Positions 56,184-64,000 of a DNA stretch of 64,000 nt are shown one piece after another (the stretch's first letter is position 1; the number at the start of each line of letters is the position of its first letter). The DNA comes from Alphaproteobacteria bacterium. GTDB lineage: Bacteria; Pseudomonadota; Alphaproteobacteria; SP197. A program made the position numbers and the translations under genes. The DNA is taken from positions 1,984,001 to 2,048,000 of the forward strand of contig OZ245842.1 of the NCBI GenBank assembly GCA_965228895.1. The letters are read 5' to 3'. Under the pieces are notes generated by a model. That model saw only the letters and a program-made list of their open reading frames with translations, searched no databases and had not been told where the DNA came from.

Positions 56184-57527
56184 TCACGTCCCGTTGGCGT
56201 CCAGTTGGAACACCGTGCGCCCGTTCATGACCGTTCGCACGGTACGGCCCTGAACCGGCCGGTCGTCGAACGGTGAGTTCTTCGATTTGCTCTGGAAGGC
56301 CCGCCGGTCGATCTGCCAGGGACGGTCGAGATCGAACAGGCAGAGGTCGGCCGGGCGTCCTGTCTCGAGGCGCCCGGCGTTGAGCTCCATCAGGTCCGCA
56401 GGCTTGTTGGTCAGCAGCGCCAGCGCCTCAAGCAGGCCGATATGGCGGTTGTGGACCTGCTCCAAAGTCAGTGTCAGCAGGGTCTCCAGACCGACGATGC
56501 CGAAGGCGGCCTGGGCGAACGGCTGGCGTTTGCTGTCTTGATCGTGGGGCGCGTGGTCGCTGACGATGGCGTCAATCGTACCGTCGGCGAGGGCGGCGAC
56601 AACCGCTTGCCGGTCGGTTTCATTGCGCAAGGGTGGGCGAACCTTGGCGAAGGTCCGGTAGTCGCCGATCGCTGTTTCGTTGAGTGCGAAGTAGTGGGGC
56701 GCGGTGTCGCAGGTTACGTTGAGCCCGCGTGCTTTGGCCTGGCGCACGATGTCCAGGCTCTCGGCGGTGGTCAGGTGGGCGAGATGCAGGCGACCACCGG
56801 TCATTTCGGCGAGCCGCACGTCGCGGGCGGCCATGATCGACTCACTTTCGGCTGCCATCCCGGAGAGGCCGAGCCGGGTCGACGTCTCGCCGCTGTTCAT
56901 CTGGCCGGTGCCCGAGATGTTCAGGTCTTCGGCATGGTGGATGATCAGCGCGCTAAAGACGGTGCTGTAGGACAAGGCGCGGCGCAGCACCATGGCGTTC
57001 ATGATGCTGTTCATGCCGTCGCTGAAGGCAATAGCGCCAGCCTCCTGCAGCAGGCCGATCTCCGTCAGGTGTTCGCCGCGCCGACCTTTGGTCAAGGCTG
57101 CTATGGGATGGACCTTGACGATCGCCGTTTCGCGCGCGCGCCGTTCGATAAAATGCACCAGCGACACATCATCGATCGGCGGTTCGGTGCTCGGCATGCA
57201 GGCCATGGTGGTGATGCCGCCGACCGCCGCGGACCGGCTGCCTGTTGCGATGGTTTCCTTGTGCTCGAAGCCGGGCTCGCGCAGGTGGGCGCGGTTGTCG
57301 ACGAGACCAGGCGCCAGGCACAGGCCCGCACAGTCGATGCGCTCGATATCCTCGGCCAGACCGTCGCCCTTAACGTCCGGCCCGATATCCGCGATCGTCT
57401 CGCCCTCGGTAACGACGCCGCCGGTTTCGTCCAGACCGGACGCCGGATCCAGCAGCCGCGCATTCAGATAGGCGACGCGGCCGGGCCGGGTCTTCTTGAT
57501 CGATATGTCGGCGACAAAGTCAGCCAA
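56184..57527 (-). CDS. pyrC: Dihydroorotase-family protein, probably non-catalytic PyrC' partner of ATCase
   Basis: DHOase fold motifs, but DNRAH replaces D.H.H and KVRPPLR replaces K.NPPLR; TTG start. Confidence 0.88.
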   Translation of the reverse strand: MADFVADISIKKTRPGRVAYLNARLLDPASGLDETGGVVTEGETIADIGPDVKGDGLAEDIERIDCAGLCLAPGLVDNRAHLREPGFEHKETIATGSRSAAVGGITTMACMPSTEPPIDDVSLVHFIERRARETAIVKVHPIAALTKGRRGEHLTEIGLLQEAGAIAFSDGMNSIMNAMVLRRALSYSTVFSALIIHHAEDLNISGTGQMNSGETSTRLGLSGMAAESESIMAARDVRLAEMTGGRLHLAHLTTAESLDIVRQAKARGLNVTCDTAPHYFALNETAIGDYRTFAKVRPPLRNETDRQAVVAALADGTIDAIVSDHAPHDQDSKRQPFAQAAFGIVGLETLLTLTLEQVHNRHIGLLEALALLTNKPADLMELNAGRLETGRPADLCLFDLDRPWQIDRRAFQSKSKNSPFDDRPVQGRTVRTVMNGRTVFQLDANGT

Positions 57528-57539
57528 TGAGAGGCTCCG

Positions 57540-58505
57540 TCACTGATTGTGCGCGGGGTCGTCCAGATTTCGCGCCAGGACTTCCAAACAGGCCTGGCGC
57601 ACGGCGACGCCCAGTTCGACTTGGTCCAGGATGACACTGCGGTTGATATCGTCGGCGACCTCGCTGTCGATCTCGACGCCGCGGTTCATAGGGCCGGGAT
57701 GCATGATCAGCGCGTCCGGCTTGGCGACCGCCAGCTTTTCGTAGTCGAGCCCGAAGAAGCGGAAGTACTCGCGTTCCGACGGTACGAAACTGCCCTGCAT
57801 CCGTTCGGTCTGCAGGCGCAGCATCATGACGATGTCGACATCCTTCAGGCCTTCCAGCATGTCGTGATGGACCTCGACGCCATAGCGGTCGACGGCGGGC
57901 GGCAACAGAGTCGGCGGCGCGACCAGTCGGACCCGTGAACCGATGGTGTTGAACAGCAGGATGTTGGAGCGCGCGACACGGCTGTGTGCGATGTCGCCGC
58001 AGATGGCGACGGTCAGGCCGGTCAGCTTGCCGAGCCGGCGTCGAATAGTCAGGGCATCCAGCAGTGCCTGGGTCGGGTGCTCGTGGCTGCCGTCGCCGGC
58101 ATTGATGACGGCGGCGTTGACGTTTTCGGCCAAGAGTTTGACCGCGCCGGAATCGGGATGCCGCACGACCAGCACATCGGGATGCATGGCGTTCAGCGTG
58201 GCCGCCGTATCGATCAGCGTTTCGCCCTTTTTTATCGCGCTGGTCGATGGCGACATGTTGATGACGTCAGCGCCCAAGCGTTTGCCGGCCAGCTCGAACG
58301 ACGTGCGCGTGCGTGTCGAGCTTTCGAAGAACATGTTGATCTGGGTGCGCCCGCGAAGCGCGTCCATCGCCTTTTCCGCGCGCCGGTTCAGCGCGACATA
58401 ACCGTCGGCGACATCGAGCAACCCGTCGATTTCAGCGGCGGAAAGCTCCTCGATACCGAGCAGATGGCGGTGGGGGTAAAAGGAAGATGTCGGCGCAGCA
58501 TTCAT
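57540..58505 (-). CDS. pyrB: Aspartate carbamoyltransferase catalytic subunit
   Basis: [36 protein letters not shown]. Confidence 0.96.
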   Translation of the reverse strand: MNAAPTSSFYPHRHLLGIEELSAAEIDGLLDVADGYVALNRRAEKAMDALRGRTQINMFFESSTRTRTSFELAGKRLGADVINMSPSTSAIKKGETLIDTAATLNAMHPDVLVVRHPDSGAVKLLAENVNAAVINAGDGSHEHPTQALLDALTIRRRLGKLTGLTVAICGDIAHSRVARSNILLFNTIGSRVRLVAPPTLLPPAVDRYGVEVHHDMLEGLKDVDIVMMLRLQTERMQGSFVPSEREYFRFFGLDYEKLAVAKPDALIMHPGPMNRGVEIDSEVADDINRSVILDQVELGVAVRQACLEVLARNLDDPAHNQ

Positions 58506-58542
58506 GCTGAGAAAAAGGTTCTAACGAACCGGCGCCGTGCCG

Positions 58543-59457
58543 TCACGCCAAAATCGCTAGAGCGAGCGGAATGGTCACCATGGCGAGCATTGTTGTGCCC
58601 GTGATCACACCGGCCATCATGCCGGCATTGCCGCTCATCTGGCGCGCCAGGACGTAGGCGGACGGCGAGGCTGGCAGTGCGGCAAACAGGATGACAACCT
58701 GACGTTCCAGGCCCTCGACGCCCAGAATCCATGCGGCCAGACCAGCCAGCGAAGGTAGAACGATCAGCTTGGCTGTGGCGGCGGCAGCGATTGGCCAGCG
58801 CGACTCGACCAGGGACTGCCAGCGAAGCGACGCGCCGACGCACAGCAGGCCGAGACCGAGCGCCGCTTCACCCATAATGTCGAACGTGGCATTGATGAAA
58901 TGCGGTAGCCCAAGCCCACTGACATTCAAGGCGATGCCCGCCAAGCAGGCGAGGACCAGCGGGTTGGTAAAGATGGCGCGGGCGATGAAGCGCCATGTCG
59001 TCGCGGTCGTTGAAGCCCAGCGTCCGAGCGCCAGGCAGCTGATGATGTTCACGGTCGGGATGTAGACCGCCAGCAAGACACCGAAGATGGCGAGCCCGGC
59101 TTGGCCATAGAGCGCCACGCTGGCGGCCAGGCCCGCATAGGTGTTGAACCGGATCGACGCCATCAAGAAGGTCGCGAAGTCCGGATCGCTCATCCTGAGG
59201 CGCGACTTGAAGAGCGGCAGGACCGCCGACAGGACAAGGGCGGGGACGATCAGGGCCAACATGGTCGGCACGATTTCGGCGCCGCCAAGCGCGTTGGTTG
59301 CCAGCCGCGACACCAACAACGCCGGGAATAGGACAAAATAGGTCAGGCGCTCGGCGGCCGACCAAAAACTGTCGCTTGTCGTGAGCCAGCGTCTGATGGC
59401 GATGCCCGCGGCGATGACCAGGAAGATGGGGACCAGCGCCACGAAGCTCTCAGCCAC
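58543..59457 (-). CDS. AEC (auxin efflux carrier) family transporter
   Basis: P.FL.I..G, ERL.Y.VLFPALL, RFNTY, NPL...C..G, LP.S.SAY.LARQM.G. Confidence 0.85.
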   Translation of the reverse strand: MAESFVALVPIFLVIAAGIAIRRWLTTSDSFWSAAERLTYFVLFPALLVSRLATNALGGAEIVPTMLALIVPALVLSAVLPLFKSRLRMSDPDFATFLMASIRFNTYAGLAASVALYGQAGLAIFGVLLAVYIPTVNIISCLALGRWASTTATTWRFIARAIFTNPLVLACLAGIALNVSGLGLPHFINATFDIMGEAALGLGLLCVGASLRWQSLVESRWPIAAAATAKLIVLPSLAGLAAWILGVEGLERQVVILFAALPASPSAYVLARQMSGNAGMMAGVITGTTMLAMVTIPLALAILA

Positions 59458-59926
59458 CGGGCGTCGGGCTCCCTTGCCGCAGCGCGTCAAGAACGCCTTG
59501 CAGGATGTAGGCGGCGGCGAGCTGGTCGACCTTCGCGCCGCGCTTGGCCCGACTCAGATCGGCCTCCAGCATCGCGCGTTCGACCGCCTGGGTGGAAAGC
59601 CGCTCGTCCCACAGCAGGAACGGCAGATCGATCGCCTTCAAAATGTTCCGCGCGATCTGCCGTGTCGCCTGAGCGCGAGGTCCTTCGCTGCCGTCCATGT
59701 TCAGTGGCAGGCCGGCGACCAGGCCGACCACGCATCGATCGGCGATGAGATCCAGCAGTTGTCGGAGGTCGTTCTGCCACTTGCCACGCCTGATCGTGTC
59801 GACGGGCGAGGCGATCAACCGCGTGCCGTCGGAGACCGCGAGGCCGATCGTTTTGTCGCCGATATCGAGACCCAGCAGCGCGCCGGTCGCCGGCAGCGCG
59901 TCGGCGAACGAACTGAGCTCGGTCAC
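59450..59926 (-). CDS. ruvX: Holliday junction resolvase-like RuvX/YqgF (pre-16S maturation nuclease)
   Basis: LLGLD.G.KTIG.AVSD, GLPLNMDG.EGPR, WDERLST, VD..AA..ILQ; start uncertain. Confidence 0.92.
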   Translation of the reverse strand: MTELSSFADALPATGALLGLDIGDKTIGLAVSDGTRLIASPVDTIRRGKWQNDLRQLLDLIADRCVVGLVAGLPLNMDGSEGPRAQATRQIARNILKAIDLPFLLWDERLSTQAVERAMLEADLSRAKRGAKVDQLAAAYILQGVLDALRQGSPTPGG

Positions 59927-60098
59927 AGGCTTGCTGGTCTTTGAGGCGGGTGATAGGTTCCCGCGCCCTTGTGTCCCGTTTGCCACGATTTTCCGCGTTG
60001 TTTCAGTGACTTCGCGCTGGCGTGATGGTTCCGATGCCCGGCTTTCAAGGGGGCCGTACGACGGAAGCTGAATCACACCAGAAACCAATAGATAATGA

Positions 60099-60136
60099 CC
60101 CCAAACGAAAGGCGTGGGTACGCGTTTCGTTTGGGG
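60099..60136. repeat. 17-bp hairpin just upstream of gatC RBS
   Basis: CCCCAAACGAAAGGCGT-GGGT-ACGCGTTTCGTTTGGGG, 16/17 paired. Confidence 0.75.
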
Positions 60137-60154
60137 CCGTGGAGAGATTGTCAC

Positions 60155-60442
60155 ATGTCGCTTGATAAGGCCACCGTCGCCCGTATCGCGAAACTTGCCC
60201 GCCTTGACGTGGGCGAAGCCGATCAGGAACGTCTCGCCGGCGAACTGTCGGGCATCATCGATTGGGTCGAGCAACTGGACGAGGTCGACACCGCCGATGT
60301 CGAGCCGATGACCAGCGTTGTCGAGATGACGCTGAAGGCAAGGCCCGATGTTGTGAGCGACGGCGCGCGCCAGGACGACGTGTTGGCCAACGCGCCGAAG
60401 GCGGTGCATGGCTTCTATGTCGTGCCGAAGGTGGTCGAGTGA
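60155..60442 (+). CDS. gatC: Asp/Glu-tRNA amidotransferase subunit C
   Basis: V..IA.LARL, EL..I..WVEQL.EVDT..VEPM, NAP....F..VPKVVE. Confidence 0.95.
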   Translation: MSLDKATVARIAKLARLDVGEADQERLAGELSGIIDWVEQLDEVDTADVEPMTSVVEMTLKARPDVVSDGARQDDVLANAPKAVHGFYVVPKVVE

Positions 60443-61911
60443 TGACGGATCTCGTCGACATCACGATCGCCGATGCGCGCGACCTTCTGAGTTCTGGCGA
60501 TACGTCATCGCGTGAGCTGGCCGAGGCGCAGATCGGCGCCATGGAGCGCCATCGCGACCTCAACGCGTTCGTCACCGAAACGCCGGATACCGCGCTTGCC
60601 ATGGCGGATGCATCGGACAAACGGCGTGCCCAAGGCGAGGTCGGTGCCCTGGAAGGCATTCCCGTTGCGATCAAGGACCTGTTCTGCACCAAGGGGACAT
60701 TGACCACGGCGGGATCGCACATTCTGGATGGGTTCAAGCCACCCTATGAATCGACGGTGACCACCAACATGTGGGCGGCGGGCGCGGTCATGCTGGGCAA
60801 GACCAACATGGACGAGTTCGCCATGGGGTCGTCCAACCTGACCAGCTATTACGGTGGCGCGATCAATCCCTGGCGCATGCCCGGTGATAACCGAAAGCTG
60901 GTGCCCGGCGGGTCGTCCGGCGGGTCGGCCTCCGCGGTTTCTGCGCGCATGGCGCTGGGTGCGACCGGCACCGATACAGGCGGCTCGATCCGCCAGCCTG
61001 CGTCCTTCACCGGCATCACCGGCTTGAAACCGACCTATGGCCGCTGTTCGCGCTGGGGCATTGTCGCGTTTGCCTCTTCGCTCGATCAGGCGGGGCCCAT
61101 GGCGCGTTCGGTGCGCGACTGCGCAATTCTGCTGGGCGCGATGGCCGGTCATGACGAAAAGGATTCGACCTCGGTCGATATCGACGTGCCGGACTACGAA
61201 TCTGGCATCGACGATGGTGTCAAAGGTCTCACCATCGGCATTCCCAAGGAGTACCGCGTTGACGGTATGCCCGGCGACATCGAGGATCTCTGGCAGAAGG
61301 GCATCCGCTGGCTCGAAGAGCAGGGCGCCAAGACGGTCGAGATCAGCCTACCGCACACCAAGTATGCACTGCCCGCGTACTATATAGTGGCGCCCGCCGA
61401 AGCCTCGTCGAACCTGGCGCGTTATGACGGCGTAAAGTACGGCTTGCGTGTCGAGGCCGATGATCTGACCACCATGTACGAGAAGACCCGCGCCGAGGGT
61501 TTTGGCGCCGAGGTGCAGCGCCGTGTCTTGATCGGCACCTACGTGCTGTCGGCTGGCTACTACGACGCCTATTACCTGAAGGCGCAGAAGGTCAGGACGC
61601 GTATTGCCGAAGATTTCAAGACGGCTTTCGGTTCGGTCGATGCGATCCTGACGCCAACAGCGCCGAACACCGCCTTCAGCGCCGACGATCCGCCGACCGA
61701 TCCGATCGAGATGTACTTGAACGATGTCTTCACCGTGCCCGCCAGCATGGCGGGCATTCCCGGTATCTCGGTGCCGGCGGGCCTTTCCAGCGAAGGCCTG
61801 CCGCTCGGCCTGCAGGTGCTCGGCAAGGCGTTTGACGAACCGACTGTCATCAAGGTGGCGCGCGCGCTGGAAGTCGCCGCGGCCTTCGATGCGCGCCCGG
61901 AAGGGATCTGA
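60442..61911 (+). CDS. gatA: Asp/Glu-tRNA amidotransferase subunit A
   Basis: [45 protein letters not shown]. Confidence 0.96.
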   Translation: MTDLVDITIADARDLLSSGDTSSRELAEAQIGAMERHRDLNAFVTETPDTALAMADASDKRRAQGEVGALEGIPVAIKDLFCTKGTLTTAGSHILDGFKPPYESTVTTNMWAAGAVMLGKTNMDEFAMGSSNLTSYYGGAINPWRMPGDNRKLVPGGSSGGSASAVSARMALGATGTDTGGSIRQPASFTGITGLKPTYGRCSRWGIVAFASSLDQAGPMARSVRDCAILLGAMAGHDEKDSTSVDIDVPDYESGIDDGVKGLTIGIPKEYRVDGMPGDIEDLWQKGIRWLEEQGAKTVEISLPHTKYALPAYYIVAPAEASSNLARYDGVKYGLRVEADDLTTMYEKTRAEGFGAEVQRRVLIGTYVLSAGYYDAYYLKAQKVRTRIAEDFKTAFGSVDAILTPTAPNTAFSADDPPTDPIEMYLNDVFTVPASMAGIPGISVPAGLSSEGLPLGLQVLGKAFDEPTVIKVARALEVAAAFDARPEGI

Positions 61912-61914
61912 GCC

Positions 61915-63369
61915 ATGGCCAACACCATCGAAGGCGCGACGGGCACCTGGGAATACGTGATCGGGCTTGAGGTGCACGCCCAGATCGTGTCGAAGTCGAA
62001 GCTCTTTTCCGGCGCGTCGACCGAGTTCGGCGCCGATCCCAATGCCCAGGTGTCACCGATCGATGCGGGCATGCCGGGCATGCTGCCGGTCATCAACATG
62101 ACCTGTATCGAACAGGCGGTGCGCACCGGCCTCGCGATCAAGGGCACGATCAACACGCACTCCGTGTTTGACCGAAAGAACTATTTCTATCCCGATCTGC
62201 CCCAGGGTTATCAGATCAGCCAGTACAAGCAGCCGGTGGTGTCGGAAGGCAGCCTGACGATCGACATGGAGGATGGCGAGACACGCGACATCGGCATCGA
62301 GCGTCTGCATGTCGAACAGGACGCCGGCAAGAGCCTGCATGACCAGGACCCCGCGTCGTCCTATGTCGATCTGAACCGCTCGGGTATCGGGCTAATGGAG
62401 ATCGTCTCGAAACCTGAACTGCGTTCGCCGGAAGAAGCCGGCGCCTATGTCAGAAAGCTGCGTTCGATCCTGCGCTATGTCGGCACCTGTGACGGCAACA
62501 TGCAGGAGGGCTCGCTGCGCGTTGACGCCAATGTCTCCGTGCGCAAGCCGGGCGGCGAATTGGGCACCCGCTGCGAGATCAAGAATCTCAATTCCATGCG
62601 GTTCATGCAGCGCGCTATCGAGTACGAGGCGAACCGCCAGATCGATGTCTTGGAGGCCGGCGGCGAAGTCGACCAGGAAACGCGCCTGTTTGACGTCAAC
62701 CGCGGGGAGACGCGAAGCATGCGCAGCAAGGAAGAGGCGCACGACTACCGCTACTTCCCTGATCCCGATCTGCTGCCGCTGCGTCTGGAGCAGGCGTGGA
62801 TCGACGGCATCGGCGAAACCTTGCCCGAGCTGCCGGACGCCAAGAAGGACCGCTTCATGGCCGAGTTCGCGCTGTCGCCCTATGACGCCGGCGTGCTGGT
62901 GGCCGAACAGGAGAACGCCGCGTTCTACGAGGCGGTCGCCGATGGCCGCGACAAGAAACTCGCCGCCAACTGGGTGATCAGCGAACTCTTCGGTCAGCTC
63001 AACAAGGCCGGCAAGACGATCGACGAAAGCCCCGTCTCCGCCGCCGCCATGGGCGAGCTGCTGGACCTGATCGCCGACGGCACGATCTCCGGGCGCACCG
63101 CCAAGGACGTCTTCACCGACATGTTCGAGACCGGCAAGGCAGCCGGCGTTATCGTTGAGGAGAAGGGCCTGAAGCAGGTTTCCGACACCGGCGCGATTGA
63201 GCAGGTCATTGATGAGGTCATGGCGCGCGAAGACGCCAAGGTCGCTGAGTACCGCGGCGGCAAGGACAAGCTGTTCGGCTTCTTTGTCGGCCAAGTCATG
63301 AAAGCCTCGGGCGGCAAGGCCAATCCCAAGGTGGTGAACGAGCTGCTTCGCAAAAAGCTCGATGGCTGA
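61915..63369 (+). CDS. gatB: Asp/Glu-tRNA amidotransferase subunit B
   Basis: [44 protein letters not shown]. Confidence 0.96.
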   Translation: MANTIEGATGTWEYVIGLEVHAQIVSKSKLFSGASTEFGADPNAQVSPIDAGMPGMLPVINMTCIEQAVRTGLAIKGTINTHSVFDRKNYFYPDLPQGYQISQYKQPVVSEGSLTIDMEDGETRDIGIERLHVEQDAGKSLHDQDPASSYVDLNRSGIGLMEIVSKPELRSPEEAGAYVRKLRSILRYVGTCDGNMQEGSLRVDANVSVRKPGGELGTRCEIKNLNSMRFMQRAIEYEANRQIDVLEAGGEVDQETRLFDVNRGETRSMRSKEEAHDYRYFPDPDLLPLRLEQAWIDGIGETLPELPDAKKDRFMAEFALSPYDAGVLVAEQENAAFYEAVADGRDKKLAANWVISELFGQLNKAGKTIDESPVSAAAMGELLDLIADGTISGRTAKDVFTDMFETGKAAGVIVEEKGLKQVSDTGAIEQVIDEVMAREDAKVAEYRGGKDKLFGFFVGQVMKASGGKANPKVVNELLRKKLDG

Positions 63370-64000
63370 ACTGCCGGCCGGGGCACACACCGACACGCTG
63401 CTGGCGCAAGCGCTTGGTTGGCTGGAGCCGATGTCGGGCGGCGTGGTCCCGGCGATCGAACCAGCGACCACGTACAAACGCGACCCCGCCATGCCGGTGG
63501 ACGAGGGCCTGTGGTACAGCCGGCCGGATAATCCCTGTTACTGGCAGATCGAGGCGCTGATTGCCCGTCTTGAAGGCGCCGAGGCGGCGCTTGTTACCGG
63601 TTCGGGCTCGGCGTCGATGGCGATGGTTGTCGAAGCGCTGAAGACCGGTGATCACGTGCTTATCCCCGAGATGGCCTATGGCGGTCTTCATTTCCTGGCG
63701 ACCGACATGGCGAACCACTGGGGCATCCGGTTCGACAGTTACCCCGCCGGTGACCTTGAGGCCCTCACGTCGCTGGTGCGGCCCGGCGAGACCAAAGTCG
63801 TCTGGGTCGAAGCGCCGTCCAACCCCGAGCTCATCGTCACCGATATCGCCGGTGCGGCAGCGATCGCCCACGACGCCGGCGCGCGCCTCGTTGTCGACAG
63901 CACGTTTGCGCCGCCGCCTCTGTTTCGGCCCATCGATCTTGGCGCGGACCTGGTGCTGCATTCCGCGACGAAGTTTCTGAACGGCCACAGCGATGTCGTT
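63362..64000 (+). CDS. Cys/Met metabolism PLP-dependent enzyme (cystathionine gamma-synthase/lyase family), 3' truncated by window
   Basis: Manual translation [12 protein letters not shown]...YSRPDNP...LEGA...YGG...EAPSNP...VDSTFA...[12 protein letters not shown]; overlaps the gatB stop. Confidence 0.9.
   Translation, partial: MAELPAGAHTDTLLAQALGWLEPMSGGVVPAIEPATTYKRDPAMPVDEGLWYSRPDNPCYWQIEALIARLEGAEAALVTGSGSASMAMVVEALKTGDHVLIPEMAYGGLHFLATDMANHWGIRFDSYPAGDLEALTSLVRPGETKVVWVEAPSNPELIVTDIAGAAAIAHDAGARLVVDSTFAPPPLFRPIDLGADLVLHSATKFLNGHSDVV

Noticed and set aside
7288-60409. N-terminal extensions in the ORF track (e.g. 8505, 10116, 15986, 19989, 32923, 33545, 39972, 48524, 60409)
   Set aside because: They overlap neighbouring genes or promoters; downstream starts with RBS and family-typical N-termini were chosen
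1-64000. CRISPR array, transposase, prophage or rRNA
   Set aside because: No regularly spaced repeats, terminal inverted repeats with transposase, phage genes or rRNA signatures seen

Overview
High-GC (about 63-65% by eye) alphaproteobacterial chromosomal segment, probably Rhodospirillales-like. It is mostly core genes: ATP12 (3' part), pccBA, acyP, lipB, tRNA-Leu(GAG), mgtE, putA, galU-ugd-pgm, a D,D-carboxypeptidase, phasin-clpS-clpA, eipB, divK-pleD, rpmG, rnr-topA-dprA-plsY-pyrC-pyrB, ruvX and gatCAB, interspersed with accessory catabolic and envelope genes. I saw no integrase, transposase, prophage or CRISPR array. The most interesting signals are regulatory or organisational. (1) A PhaR-type operator overlaps or flanks the predicted promoters of pccBA, the phasin and an uncharacterised 89-aa protein. 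(2) A cNMP-binding CRP regulator is followed by an MBL phosphodiesterase-like gene and a threonine dehydratase, and CRP-like boxes lie upstream of the HerA ATPase, the D,D-carboxypeptidase and divK. (3) A HerA/FtsK-family ATPase has no nuclease partner and is followed by a vWA protein and a membrane J-domain protein; it is preceded by an AT-rich tract containing a dif-like 11-6-11 motif. (4) A Rid-family gene carries a clean in-frame internal deletion. (5) PyrC lacks catalytic residues. (6) There are several long hairpins. All calls come from reading motifs by eye; no database search was run.
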